Part shown: piece after piece, positions 7,912 through 18,285 of the stretch
Numbering within the stretch: position 1 is the stretch's first letter
Layout of the letters: each line of letters opens with the position of its first letter
Source of the DNA: a virus
Length of the DNA stretch: 64,000 nt
Direction: 5' to 3' (one strand)
IMG/VR virus record: IMGVR_UViG_3300048590_000661
Location: 1 to 64,000 of that record
Program-made: the position numbers and the translations under genes
The notes under the pieces: generated by a model
What the model saw: only the letters and a program-made list of their open reading frames with translations
The model's database searches: none
Told to the model about the DNA's origin: nothing

Positions 7912-9225
7912 TTACTTAATATATTCCTCTTGCACTCCAGTGTCTAAAAATGCTACCTGTAATCTTTTCCCGTTTAGTAATGCATCCCCACTACCTAATA
8001 ACTTCGTTGCATCACTGTTGCCAATAATCAATTGGCTATCTACATCTGCAATTACCTTTAATGCTAACCTGCCTGGGATGTTGGTTTTAATTAGCCCAGT
8101 AATTACTTTCTTATTAGGCTTCTGAGTGGTAATGACGATATGAATACCAGTTGCCCTACACTTAGAAGCCAATACACTTAACTTGTTTTCTAGCTCTGAT
8201 TTTAATTTGCTATCGTCAATTAACATAATGCTAGATAGTTCTTCAATGACGAATAAGATAAAGGGTAATTTTTCTTTACTACTTGCGTTATACTCCTGAA
8301 TGTTTTTAGCCCCTATCTTTTGCATCTTCTCTAACCTTTGTTGCATTACTTTTAATAGGTATTCTAACTGGGCATGGAACTCATCTACCTCATATGCAAT
8401 ATTTCCAATTAGGTGTTCACTATTCTTAAACGCTACTAGCTCTACTAATTTAAAATCTGCCAACACTAGTTTTAACTCATTAACCTTCTTATTCATCAAC
8501 ATTGAAGTCATGAATACTTGTAGTGCATTACTCTTCCCACTATTCGTTTCACCAGCAATTAAAAGGTGTGGAAAATTAGTAGCATCACCACATACCACAT
8601 TATCGTTTAAATCATACCCTAGACAGAATGGCAAACCATCAGCATATTTCTTTACTATTTGTTTATAATTTTTCTCATTAACCATTTCTTTAAAACTAAG
8701 GCTCTTAAATTCAGGGTTAATAATCGCTATGCCTAATTTGTTCTTTTCAGGAATTAAGCGAATACTTTCACCTAACGCTAATTCTATTTCAGGCTTAATG
8801 TTTTCTACTTGTGAAATCTTGGTAAATTTCTTTCTGTTATTAACTATTGTAAACCCTAACCCGTAGTAGAAAATCACTTGATTACTTGTTACCTTAGTCT
8901 CTAAAAATGTCATAGGTATATCGTAATTCTCTAAGACGTTATCAATCTTTATTCTTGTACTACTATAATCGTTATTTTCTACTCGAATCCCTCGCACTTC
9001 CTCACGAATATTTGATAATAGATCTTCATACTCTTCATCAAACACTACATATGCCAATTTATCCGCATATTTTTTGCCTTCATACAACAGTATTAATAAA
9101 GAAATAGTGGCACTAACTATTAGGGCAATACTATTTCCTATTAATATCAAAAGTATAATGGCTAACTTTAAAAAAACCACCGTAGTATCTACAGTGCCGT
9201 GAAACGCAAAATTTTCTTTTTTCAT
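7912..9225 (-). CDS. FtsK/SpoIIIE-family DNA translocase ATPase, membrane-anchored, no gamma domain
   Basis: PHLLIAGETNSGKS (Walker A), DFKLVEL, FVIEELS (Walker B), RATGIHIVITTQKP, LLGSGDAL; N-terminal TM. Confidence 0.92.
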   Translation of the reverse strand: MKKENFAFHGTVDTTVVFLKLAIILLILIGNSIALIVSATISLLILLYEGKKYADKLAYVVFDEEYEDLLSNIREEVRGIRVENNDYSSTRIKIDNVLENYDIPMTFLETKVTSNQVIFYYGLGFTIVNNRKKFTKISQVENIKPEIELALGESIRLIPEKNKLGIAIINPEFKSLSFKEMVNEKNYKQIVKKYADGLPFCLGYDLNDNVVCGDATNFPHLLIAGETNSGKSNALQVFMTSMLMNKKVNELKLVLADFKLVELVAFKNSEHLIGNIAYEVDEFHAQLEYLLKVMQQRLEKMQKIGAKNIQEYNASSKEKLPFILFVIEELSSIMLIDDSKLKSELENKLSVLASKCRATGIHIVITTQKPNKKVITGLIKTNIPGRLALKVIADVDSQLIIGNSDATKLLGSGDALLNGKRLQVAFLDTGVQEEYIK

Positions 9226-9344
9226 AATTTTTCCGGTTCTGTGTTATTCTTTTTTTACACATGCGCAATATTTCTTGCACAAGCTAAAGTTTTTCACACA
9301 GGCGATAGTGATAGGAGCAATGATGTGTTGAACTTACGTAATGT

Positions 9345-9373
9345 ATTATACCATAACTTAAGAAATATGTCAA
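9345..9373 (-). promoter_or_regulatory. consensus sigma70 promoter for the FtsK operon
   Basis: TTGACA-17nt-TATAAT with extended TG. Confidence 0.85.
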
Positions 9374-9413
9374 GACGTTATGGCGTATAATTAAGACGAG
9401 TTAAGGGGCAATA

Positions 9414-9974
9414 ATGTTCAAACAGCTAAAGAATGAAAGTGATGATGCATACCTAGCCTTTATATCATACGTAAATGCAGATGGTGTATCGTTGGACGCA
9501 GCCTATAAAATGTTCTGTGAAGAAGTAGGTATTGAAAATGAGCCTATCCCTGACATTTGGTATGTATGGTCAAGTAAATATAATTGGGACCATAGACTGC
9601 AAGCCGAAAAAGACCTAACGGATGACGTGGAAGTAATTTCGCCTACGGATTATAATAGACGAATCCAAGCTTTCCAACAACGCCAAACTAGGCTTAATGA
9701 GGAATTATTTAAAACTACTCGTTTGGCATTAAAGCGGATTAAGTCGCGTCTTGTTACTTTAGACCCTGATGAGATTCCAGCGGGTGCTATTCCAAATTAT
9801 ATTAATAGTGTAGCAAAAATTGTAGAACTATTCACTAAAAACGAAGCTGATCAATTGGCACTAGAAGAAATAATGGAAGCATTAGACAAGCTTAAGGGTG
9901 AAGAGTCTGGTACGAAAAAGGTAGCGATTAAACCTGTACCATTTAACTTTGAAAGATTAGCGAATGGCAATTAA
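9414..9974 (+). CDS. terS: terminase small subunit (putative)
   Basis: ESDDAYLAF...WSSKYNWDHR motif; directly upstream of and overlapping TerL. Confidence 0.65.
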   Translation: MFKQLKNESDDAYLAFISYVNADGVSLDAAYKMFCEEVGIENEPIPDIWYVWSSKYNWDHRLQAEKDLTDDVEVISPTDYNRRIQAFQQRQTRLNEELFKTTRLALKRIKSRLVTLDPDEIPAGAIPNYINSVAKIVELFTKNEADQLALEEIMEALDKLKGEESGTKKVAIKPVPFNFERLANGN

Positions 9975-11526
9975 TAACGTTAAGCGCATTAAAGAAAAAA
10001 TGCGGGATGAAAACCCATACCTTCGTCAACTAGAAAACCTTAATAAGCAAGAAGAGATAGATTATTCTATTTATAAGGGCTACCCATGTGAGTTTGCTAG
10101 AGATATATTAGGGGTAGATTGGTGGGAAAAACAATGCTATATTGCACACCTAGCAGAAACGCAACAAAAAGTATTAGTGCGTGCTTCTCATATGGTAGGC
10201 AAAAGCTATATGTTATCTGGTTATTGTATTTATAATTGGCGTACAGAACCAGTATTACGGGGTAGCGTTCTTAGCCCAACTTTAACACTCACTAAAGATG
10301 TAATTTTTTCTCAAATTAGAAAATTCATGGGTGAAGATGCTGATATTGTTGGTACTGCTAGCCCAACACTATATAACCCAAAAACACCAGATAAAGTATT
10401 GAAAGGACTATCTGTTAGCGAAGCTGTAGCTTTGCAAGGTAGGCATACTTCTGGTATGGCACTTATTATTATTGACGAAGCAACGGGTATTTCACCAGAG
10501 TATTTTGAAGCATTAGAAAGTATTTCTCATGGTGGAACAGGTAGTAGATGGATTTGCGCCTATAATCCAATTGACCCTAGTTCTATGGTGGCACAATTAG
10601 AAAATGACCCTGATTGGTCTATTATTGTTATTTCTGCATTAGAACATCCTAATGTTCGATATTATGATAACGATCCAGAAGACCCATTTGTTCCAATCCC
10701 AGGTGCTATTACTGGTAAGCGGTTTAATGAATTAATGCGAGGGTGGTCTACTCCAATTGAAGAAAAAGATAAAAAAAATACAGATATTAGACTTCCTGGT
10801 ACTGATCAATGGGTTAGACCGAGTTCAATTGGTGAAGCTAGGTTATTAGGTAGATGGCCTACTATTGGGTATGAAAGTATTTGGACGGATGCTATATTTC
10901 AAGTAGTAGAATCGACTATATTATCTTATGATTATAAAAACCACTTACCAGAAGTAGGTGTAGATGTTGCTAGATATGGCAATGACCATAGTGCCATTGC
11001 CATTCGTCAAGGTGGAAAATTAATAGACGTTGAAGAATACTATGGATTATCAGTAATAGAATTAAGTAATTTAGTAGGGCAAAAAATTAAAGAGGTTGCT
11101 AGTTCTAATAATGTAGATGCAGAGCATATTCCTATTAAGATTGATGCGAATGGTGTAGGTGCAGGGGTAGTCGATATTCTTGATGATTTAGACTACAATA
11201 CAGTAGAGATTCAAGTGTCAGAACGAGCGTATGAGTCTGAAAAATATGTCGATAAGCGTAGTGAATTATGGATGACATTGCGTGATAAGGCATTGGCAAG
11301 TGAAATATCTTTTGCGGGTTTGAATAGGTATATTGGGAATAAATTACGAATAGAACTATTAGCACCTAAATATTCTTATAATAGTCGTGGACAAATCGTA
11401 GTAGAATCTAAAAAAGATACAAAGAAACGTACAAAACTTAATAGCCCTAATTTAGCCGATGCTGTTAATTTAGCTTTTTATGAGGCAGAGCCAAGTATTA
11501 CAACAACAGTTCGTAGAACTAATTAG
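9964..11526 (+). CDS. terL: terminase large subunit
   Basis: ASHMVGKS Walker A, IIIDEA Walker B, GVDVARYGND nuclease, SPNLADA. Confidence 0.95.
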   Translation: MAINNVKRIKEKMRDENPYLRQLENLNKQEEIDYSIYKGYPCEFARDILGVDWWEKQCYIAHLAETQQKVLVRASHMVGKSYMLSGYCIYNWRTEPVLRGSVLSPTLTLTKDVIFSQIRKFMGEDADIVGTASPTLYNPKTPDKVLKGLSVSEAVALQGRHTSGMALIIIDEATGISPEYFEALESISHGGTGSRWICAYNPIDPSSMVAQLENDPDWSIIVISALEHPNVRYYDNDPEDPFVPIPGAITGKRFNELMRGWSTPIEEKDKKNTDIRLPGTDQWVRPSSIGEARLLGRWPTIGYESIWTDAIFQVVESTILSYDYKNHLPEVGVDVARYGNDHSAIAIRQGGKLIDVEEYYGLSVIELSNLVGQKIKEVASSNNVDAEHIPIKIDANGVGAGVVDILDDLDYNTVEIQVSERAYESEKYVDKRSELWMTLRDKALASEISFAGLNRYIGNKLRIELLAPKYSYNSRGQIVVESKKDTKKRTKLNSPNLADAVNLAFYEAEPSITTTVRRTN

Positions 11527-11538
11527 AAAGAAATATTT

Positions 11539-11748
11539 ATGAAAGCAACAGTAGTTCTTATAAAAGACAGTTATCTTATTAGTTTTAAAGAAGCTGTATA
11601 TCAATATCATAATATTACATTTAATGAGTTTGCCAAACATATACAATTTATTTTGCCCATAAATTGTGTGCTTGCTATATGTGGTAGTGATGAAAATATA
11701 GAAATATATAAATGTTATTTAGAAACAATTGGGTATAGTTTATTATGA
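11539..11748 (+). CDS. hypothetical protein
   Basis: 69-aa ORF, ATGA overlap with the next gene. Confidence 0.6.
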   Translation: MKATVVLIKDSYLISFKEAVYQYHNITFNEFAKHIQFILPINCVLAICGSDENIEIYKCYLETIGYSLL

Positions 11749-12266
11749 ATATATACCTTGATACAGAATTTACAGGATTGCATAGTAAGGCGGAATTAAT
11801 CTCTATAGGATTATATGCCGATGATGGCAGTTCTTTCTATGCAGAATTTGAGGGATATAAAGCACCAACTGATTGGGTATTAGTAAATGTAATTCCACAT
11901 CTAACTAAAAAAAACTATATGACATTAGCTACTGCTGATGAGTATATTAGGTTTGAATCTGATAGACAAGAAATTGTTAATAACTTATTTATATGGTTAT
12001 CACAATGGAACAAATGCCAAATAATTGGCGATACTATATCGCAAGATTGGATTTTATTTTTAGATTTATTTAATCATAAATTACCTCATAATGTTCATTA
12101 TCAACCAATTGATATTACTACATTATTTTATATCGCTGGTATTGATATGAATATTACTAGATTAGATTTCGTAGAGATGGATGATATAGCAAAACATCAT
12201 GCCCTAACTGATGCTATGATTATTCATTTATGTTATAAAAAATTAATGGAGAAACTTAACATATGA
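11745..12266 (+). CDS. DEDDh 3'-5' exonuclease (Rv2179c/DUF5051-like)
   Basis: YLDTEF...LISIG...FYAE...QDW...HHALTDA. Confidence 0.85.
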   Translation: MNIYLDTEFTGLHSKAELISIGLYADDGSSFYAEFEGYKAPTDWVLVNVIPHLTKKNYMTLATADEYIRFESDRQEIVNNLFIWLSQWNKCQIIGDTISQDWILFLDLFNHKLPHNVHYQPIDITTLFYIAGIDMNITRLDFVEMDDIAKHHALTDAMIIHLCYKKLMEKLNI

Positions 12267-14206
12267 TTCCATATGATGACCAACTAACTAATAGTCCTGC
12301 TGAAATGCCGATGTTTACGTCTGTGTTGCAGGTTCTTAATCGTACTGCTAATGGGCTACCTAGTTGGTGGTCACATGATAGAGACAAATATTTAAGAGAT
12401 ACTGCAATTAAAATTGATTTCTTAGAAAGTGCCGTTAATACAATTGTACTTAAATTATTTTCGATTCCTTTTTCAGTTGTATCGAAAAATAATAGTTCTT
12501 TATTGATGCAGAAATACGCAGAGCAGTACCAATTACTAACAAATGATTTATTATTAAGAAACCAAACCTTAGAAAAATTTATTCGTAGCTTTCTTATTTC
12601 AGATAATGGGGCATTTCTTTATGTAGATGATGGCGTAACACCAAATAATGAACCATTACAAAGTTTACCTACAGATTTACGATGGCTAGACCCCACTAGA
12701 TGTCAAAGAACTGGAAATATAGAATACCCAGTTATTTATTGGCATAGTGATAGTAATCGCCAATTCCCACTTCACAATTCTAGAGTTATATCATTAGTCC
12801 AATCACCATCTACTGATGCTACTATGCATAATGTCGGGTTATGTTTCGTTAGCCGAGCTATTATGCTAGCTCAACACCTTTCAGATATTTATATTTATGA
12901 AGGCGAAGTTATGGGTAGTCGGTCTAGCGAAGAAATTATTTATGCGACTGGTGCAAAGTCTAAGGAAATTGATGAAGCTTTTCAAATTGCTGATATGGAT
13001 TCTAATAACTCTGGACTTACTAGAGTAGGGAAACGTGTTTATTTAGGTTTACGTGACCCTAATGCCAAGTTAGGTAAATTAGCTCTTAAAAACTTACCAG
13101 ACCGATATGATAAGCGTAATGATATTGAGATAACATTAACCCTATTAGCTATGGCTAGTGGTGGTTCTCCAAACTGGTTTTTTGATTCTGTAAAATCTGG
13201 TAGCACAAAAGCATCTGCTAGCGAAAGCACTAAAATGGGTGAAAGCAAGATCGAAACTTGGTTCATCCGACATTTAACACATGAGATTGAGCAAAAGGTA
13301 TTGCCAGATTTCCTTAAAATGATTAACCGCAATGCCGATATAGATAGTACTGGTGTTCGTGCTCGTATCCAATTAAATTTAGCTCAAAAAAGTAAACTTA
13401 ATATTGAAAGTGGCGTAACAAATAAACGAGTTGAACGGCAGCGAATGTTAGAGCGCGAAGAAATAGACTTAATTACTTTTGAAGATTTAGAATTAGCTGA
13501 TGGTAGAACCCCTAATGGATTACCCATATACAGTTTTTTTGAGACTGATAATGAGTATTTGCGAGATTTATTATATTTTACAGATAACCCATTAGATTTT
13601 GTTAATAATGATGCTGAAGAAATGATAGATTTATCAGAAAATTATCTAAAGCAAGCGCAGAATTTAGCCCTTAATAGCCTAAATCCAGAAGAACAACGTC
13701 TTGGTGTATATGCTATGTATACTTTAGATTATGTTCGTGATGAATACCGTCAACAAATTACTCGCGAAGAAATTGAATTAAATGAACCTGTTAAAGCATT
13801 AGTAGAAGAAAATATTAATGAGCAATTAGATGGCGAAACTACTGGTGAAGTATTAAATGGTATGAATGATGACGATGAACTTAATAATAGTGAAGACCCT
13901 ACCGAAACCGCTTTACGAAAAGCAATAACGGTAGACCAAAAAGTATTTTCTACTAGAGAGCTAAGAAATACCCAAAATAAGGTACGTAGTTTATGTAGAG
14001 AATATTGGAATAACAATATCAACCAACAAACTTTTTATGAAAGAATGTACTTGCTTTTTGATGATAAACCAAATTATGATAAACAAATGATTGCTAACCA
14101 TACAAAAACACTTAATGATTTTATTAAATCACACCCTAGAAATAATAAGGGTAAATTACAAAATATTTACAAATTAGCCGATCAATTTATTATGTATCGT
14201 ATATAG
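12263..14206 (+). CDS. portal protein
   Basis: 647 aa after TerL; FLISDNGAF..LRWLDP pattern; position. Confidence 0.75.
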   Translation: MIPYDDQLTNSPAEMPMFTSVLQVLNRTANGLPSWWSHDRDKYLRDTAIKIDFLESAVNTIVLKLFSIPFSVVSKNNSSLLMQKYAEQYQLLTNDLLLRNQTLEKFIRSFLISDNGAFLYVDDGVTPNNEPLQSLPTDLRWLDPTRCQRTGNIEYPVIYWHSDSNRQFPLHNSRVISLVQSPSTDATMHNVGLCFVSRAIMLAQHLSDIYIYEGEVMGSRSSEEIIYATGAKSKEIDEAFQIADMDSNNSGLTRVGKRVYLGLRDPNAKLGKLALKNLPDRYDKRNDIEITLTLLAMASGGSPNWFFDSVKSGSTKASASESTKMGESKIETWFIRHLTHEIEQKVLPDFLKMINRNADIDSTGVRARIQLNLAQKSKLNIESGVTNKRVERQRMLEREEIDLITFEDLELADGRTPNGLPIYSFFETDNEYLRDLLYFTDNPLDFVNNDAEEMIDLSENYLKQAQNLALNSLNPEEQRLGVYAMYTLDYVRDEYRQQITREEIELNEPVKALVEENINEQLDGETTGEVLNGMNDDDELNNSEDPTETALRKAITVDQKVFSTRELRNTQNKVRSLCREYWNNNINQQTFYERMYLLFDDKPNYDKQMIANHTKTLNDFIKSHPRNNKGKLQNIYKLADQFIMYRI

Positions 14207-14259
14207 TTTTTCATTTATTTGCAAAGCTATTTAATAAAGTAGTATTTTAATAAAGAGGT

Positions 14260-14964
14260 ATGAAATATATGATTTTAACAGTGCAAGATTATTCAGAATT
14301 AATTGCTATTTCACAGATGCGCAATAAACTACTTAATGCATTTTATTTAGTAGAAGATATTGGGCGTAATATTCTTGATATGCCTACTTTTTCGTTAGAA
14401 GATTTAGACTATCAAAAGCAATTAATGCTCAAGCTATTAGCAGATGTAGCTAATGTAATTACTTCTGATAATAACCTATTAAAAGATGCTAGTATTATTG
14501 AGCCAAATGAATCGACTATTTTATTCATTAAGTCGGCAGATGGTCAATTACGCTGGATAGGTAGTCCTACTAACAAATTTGAAGATGTGCATAAACATAT
14601 TCTTATGGAAAAAGCCCATAAGTTATTTGTTGAACGCATTGAAAAAGGTGAAGTGCCATACCCTAAATTATTAGTATGGCATGAACAAGAATGGGAAGTT
14701 GGGTCTACTGATTGGGTAGCATATGATGAACGAGGGTTCTTAGTCGCTGGTGGTATAATCTTTCCTCAACATGAAACATTAATGAAAGAACTTCAAAAAG
14801 ACCAACTTGGTATGTCACATGGTATGCCTATGTCTTCTGTTAAGTTTCAAAAGCTAAATACAGAAAAGGGTGACTATTTGGGTATTTCGGAATATGTATC
14901 TGATGAGTTTACGGTTTTACCAGTTAATGAAGCGGCTAACAAACTAACTAATTGGAGTGCATAA
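14260..14964 (+). CDS. prohead protease-like protein
   Basis: LLVWHE...GMSHG...EFTVLP...AAN resembles HK97-type protease motifs; lies between portal and capsid. Confidence 0.6.
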   Translation: MKYMILTVQDYSELIAISQMRNKLLNAFYLVEDIGRNILDMPTFSLEDLDYQKQLMLKLLADVANVITSDNNLLKDASIIEPNESTILFIKSADGQLRWIGSPTNKFEDVHKHILMEKAHKLFVERIEKGEVPYPKLLVWHEQEWEVGSTDWVAYDERGFLVAGGIIFPQHETLMKELQKDQLGMSHGMPMSSVKFQKLNTEKGDYLGISEYVSDEFTVLPVNEAANKLTNWSA

Positions 14965-15520
14965 CATGGTAACGGATGAGAAAAAACGTGAATGGCTGTT
15001 AAAAACTGGTAATGAGTCAGCTTTAGAATTACTAAATAATAGTATTCAAAAGAATTTAGAAAAAACTGGCGGCTTACTATATAAAGAGGAAAATAAGGAA
15101 ATGAATGAAGAAAATCAAACAGAAGTAACAGAGAAAAAGGCAGTAGAGGAAGAAGTTCCTACCACTGAGCAAGAGGCAGTTACAGAAGAAATTGTAGCTG
15201 AAGAAGTAGCGCCTGTTTTACAAAAGGCAGAAGACATTGTTGATATGCTTGAACCTATGATCGCTGCCATGCAAACACTAACTGAGCGCATGGAAAAACT
15301 AGAAAAAGCAGTAGCGCAAGGTGGAAAGGTAACGGCACAGCTATTACCAGCAGCATCAACAAAAAGTCTATTAAAAGAGCGTTTACAGTTTATTGGTCCC
15401 GCAAATACGTTTTTAGTTGATGCAGACCCTAAACTTGTTAAGCAAAAACCTGCTGAAAATACAGTAGAATCTGAATCAGAAATTCCAGACACATTTGCTG
15501 GATTTCTAAACGGTCAATAA
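14957..15520 (+). CDS. capsid scaffolding protein (putative)
   Basis: Acidic E/A-rich coiled coil immediately before the capsid gene. Confidence 0.6.
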   Translation: MHNMVTDEKKREWLLKTGNESALELLNNSIQKNLEKTGGLLYKEENKEMNEENQTEVTEKKAVEEEVPTTEQEAVTEEIVAEEVAPVLQKAEDIVDMLEPMIAAMQTLTERMEKLEKAVAQGGKVTAQLLPAASTKSLLKERLQFIGPANTFLVDADPKLVKQKPAENTVESESEIPDTFAGFLNGQ

Positions 15521-15522
15521 TT

Positions 15523-17022
15523 TTGGAGAACAATAGAATGAATATTAATGATTTAGTTGAAGCTTATAGTGAACAAACTGCGCAAGCTTTCGGGGCACAA
15601 TCACGCCTATATAAAAGTGAAGGTTTAGGTAGTGGTGTTAACCCTGCTAGTATGGTTCATCTTCCATACGCTACAGGGGGTATTTTTGCGGACTGTGCAT
15701 TAGAAGCTTCAGTCCTTAACCTTCTAATTCAGCCAATTTATAGCATGGCTAACCTAATCCCTGTAGTTCCAGATAATAACGATAAAATTAAGTATGGGTT
15801 CCTTAGCTCAATTAGTAATGCTACTGGCGATTACCCATCTGCTCCTTGTGACCCATCACCAACGGTAGGTGATATTAACGCTGCATACGCTGAATTTTAT
15901 CCTGGTCGTGTAAGCTATAAAACCAAGACTATGGAGCTTGACCAGCTAATTCGACGTGCCCATGCTGGTGTGCGTGAAGACCTTTATTTAGTCGGTTCTG
16001 TTCGTGGTGTTAGTGCTGCACCAACTATGCAACAATTAAGTGACCCACAATTCATTAGCCGTGCTGCGGTACGTCGCCAAATGCAATTAGTTATGCGCCA
16101 AATGCAGATGGATCTGATCCACCAATTTTGGTCGGGTAATCCAACTGATAATGCCGTTAATACTGCGGGCGGTGGGCGTAAGGAATTTTGGGGGCTTAAT
16201 AACCTAATCGCTAATGATTATGGTAGCAAGTCATTTATTACTGGCACTAATAAAACTCTTCTAAATAGTGTCGTACTAGATTTTCAAGAAGGTTCACAAA
16301 CTGGTGTTATTGGTGGTGGTGATTCTATCTTTGCATATCTACAAGAAGCGGAAGATGTAACTTATCAACGTGCGGCTATGATGGGACTATTACCTACTGA
16401 GTGGAATTGGGTAATGCACCCGATTACATGGTCAGAACTAGTTAAATGGCTACCATGTGAAATGCTTACAGATTCTTGTGGGTATCCTGCACAAGCAAAT
16501 AGTTTAGTGGGTGCTGGTATTTCACTAAATGTTGCTGCTGATAATGGTATGGGTATTCAAGCCTTACGTCAACAATTAATGAATAGCATGTCATTAACCC
16601 TCAATGGTCGCACACATCGAGTAATCTTAGATAGTGGCGTTCCTGTTGTTCAAGGTGATGATGGCGAAGTTACACCAACACTTATCGCTGAATATGCGGC
16701 TAGCATCTATCTAGTTCCCGTTAATGTAGCTGGTGAAAGCGTTCTAGAATGGCGTCACCGTGATTATCGCAGTTTTGAGGAAGTACTATCTGCTATTCCT
16801 TCTAGCGCTGATGTTGGGCTAAGGGGTTGGACAGATGGTGGGCGTTTCCACTCTATTGTAGAGCGTCGAATGCGGTGTTTTGAAATTGATACTAAGGCCG
16901 AATTTGGTCTAGTATTTAGGGCACCACATTTAGCTGCACGCATTGATAATGTTGTTGCTGCTCCAAAGGGTTTCCGCCCACGGTTTGATATTGAGGCCAC
17001 TTTACCTCATAACCAAGCATAA
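15523..17022 (+). CDS. major capsid protein
   Basis: 499 aa, position, FWSGNP...EFWGLNNLI, C-terminal LVFRAPHLAARIDNV; highly biased codons. Confidence 0.75.
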   Translation: MENNRMNINDLVEAYSEQTAQAFGAQSRLYKSEGLGSGVNPASMVHLPYATGGIFADCALEASVLNLLIQPIYSMANLIPVVPDNNDKIKYGFLSSISNATGDYPSAPCDPSPTVGDINAAYAEFYPGRVSYKTKTMELDQLIRRAHAGVREDLYLVGSVRGVSAAPTMQQLSDPQFISRAAVRRQMQLVMRQMQMDLIHQFWSGNPTDNAVNTAGGGRKEFWGLNNLIANDYGSKSFITGTNKTLLNSVVLDFQEGSQTGVIGGGDSIFAYLQEAEDVTYQRAAMMGLLPTEWNWVMHPITWSELVKWLPCEMLTDSCGYPAQANSLVGAGISLNVAADNGMGIQALRQQLMNSMSLTLNGRTHRVILDSGVPVVQGDDGEVTPTLIAEYAASIYLVPVNVAGESVLEWRHRDYRSFEEVLSAIPSSADVGLRGWTDGGRFHSIVERRMRCFEIDTKAEFGLVFRAPHLAARIDNVVAAPKGFRPRFDIEATLPHNQA

Positions 17023-17038
17023 GAAAGGATAGTAAATA

Positions 17039-17449
17039 ATGGCAGGGTGCAATAGTTGTGGTAAGGGTTCCAAAAAATTAAATTCTAACATATCTTCAAC
17101 TAGCATTATTAGTGCTATTCCTGAAGTGGATAGAATGGAAGTAATTTATTTAGGTGGTGCATATAGTCATCGAATTATTTCACCACATGGGGCTTTATAC
17201 AAATATGGCATGGCGAATTATGGGACTGGGCAATATGGCAAAAAATTAATTATTCATAAAGATGATTATCCACCTAAAGATGGTGTGAAATTATTTGAAG
17301 AAGTAGTTACTTTAGAGCCAATTATTGTTCAGTCAGTAGAAATAGTAGATGACGATTCAGAATTAGAGCCAGAAAATGATTTTGAACCACAATCAGAAGA
17401 AGTTTCTACACCTACGAAAACTAAGTCATTATTTGGAGTATTAAAATAA
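17039..17449 (+). CDS. CxxC-leader virion-associated protein (paralog of 17789..18040)
   Basis: MAGCNSCGKG...VIYLG...NYG...IHKDDY. Confidence 0.65.
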   Translation: MAGCNSCGKGSKKLNSNISSTSIISAIPEVDRMEVIYLGGAYSHRIISPHGALYKYGMANYGTGQYGKKLIIHKDDYPPKDGVKLFEEVVTLEPIIVQSVEIVDDDSELEPENDFEPQSEEVSTPTKTKSLFGVLK

Positions 17450-17799
17450 TGGATTTCTTAATCAATTTGCTTGCTGTTGCTAGGTTATCGTTTTTACTTG
17501 TAGATGAAGACGGTCCATATAGTATCTTTTCAAAAATTAGAAAATATTTTGGACTAGTTGTTATAATTAATATCGATGGCGAAGAGGAAAAAGTAGCTTT
17601 AGTAGATACAGATGATTCTGAATTTTATACATTAATGCAAGGTATTTTAGATTGCAAATGGTGTACTAGTGTATGGATGTCTATATTAGTATGGGCATTA
17701 AATCTTAGCCCATATACTAAATGGTTAAATTATATCTTAGCCCTATCAATGGCAGCAATATTGATTTTTATAGTAAAGGATAAAGTTCATGGCATGTAG
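17449..17799 (+). CDS. DUF1360-like membrane protein
   Basis: ARLSFLLVDEDGP...LDCKWCTSVW plus TM helices. Confidence 0.75.
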   Translation: MDFLINLLAVARLSFLLVDEDGPYSIFSKIRKYFGLVVIINIDGEEEKVALVDTDDSEFYTLMQGILDCKWCTSVWMSILVWALNLSPYTKWLNYILALSMAAILIFIVKDKVHGM

Positions 17800-18040
17800 C
17801 GCATGTAACAAACGAAAAATTGTTAGAACAAATAGTAATTTATTAAAACTAAGTAATACTGCATATCAGAACGAAGACTTTATGGTTGTATATTATATTG
17901 GGCCATCTTCTACAGTTATTGGTTCTTCTACTAACATAAATTATGGAGTACGTGTTACAGGCGCACAAATGCTTGTACATAAAGACGATTATAATGATGC
18001 GCTTAGTGCTGGACTATATAGTTTAGAGGAAGTAGGGTAA
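17789..18040 (+). CDS. CxxC-leader protein (paralog of 17039..17449)
   Basis: MACSACNKRK...VYYIG...NYG...VHKDDY. Confidence 0.65.
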   Translation: MACSACNKRKIVRTNSNLLKLSNTAYQNEDFMVVYYIGPSSTVIGSSTNINYGVRVTGAQMLVHKDDYNDALSAGLYSLEEVG

Positions 18041-18285
18041 TGAGTAATCAATATATTAAGAAAGATTTACAACTATTTCAAGAAGTGACGGTTGATGGTA
18101 AAACAGAATCGGTAGAAGTACCAGTGTTTGATTTTGTAGACTTAAACTTTGATGAGATAGCTAACAATGCACAAGAACGTTTACTAAATTTAATTGTTAA
18201 ACGTCAAAAAATCAATATCGAATTAGAAGAGATAATGCAGTGCTTTACGATTCCTTTTACGAAAGCACTCAATGGGAGAGTATAA
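18040..18285 (+). CDS. hypothetical structural-region protein
   Basis: Coupled ORF (TAATG overlap). Confidence 0.6.
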   Translation: MSNQYIKKDLQLFQEVTVDGKTESVEVPVFDFVDLNFDEIANNAQERLLNLIVKRQKINIELEEIMQCFTIPFTKALNGRV

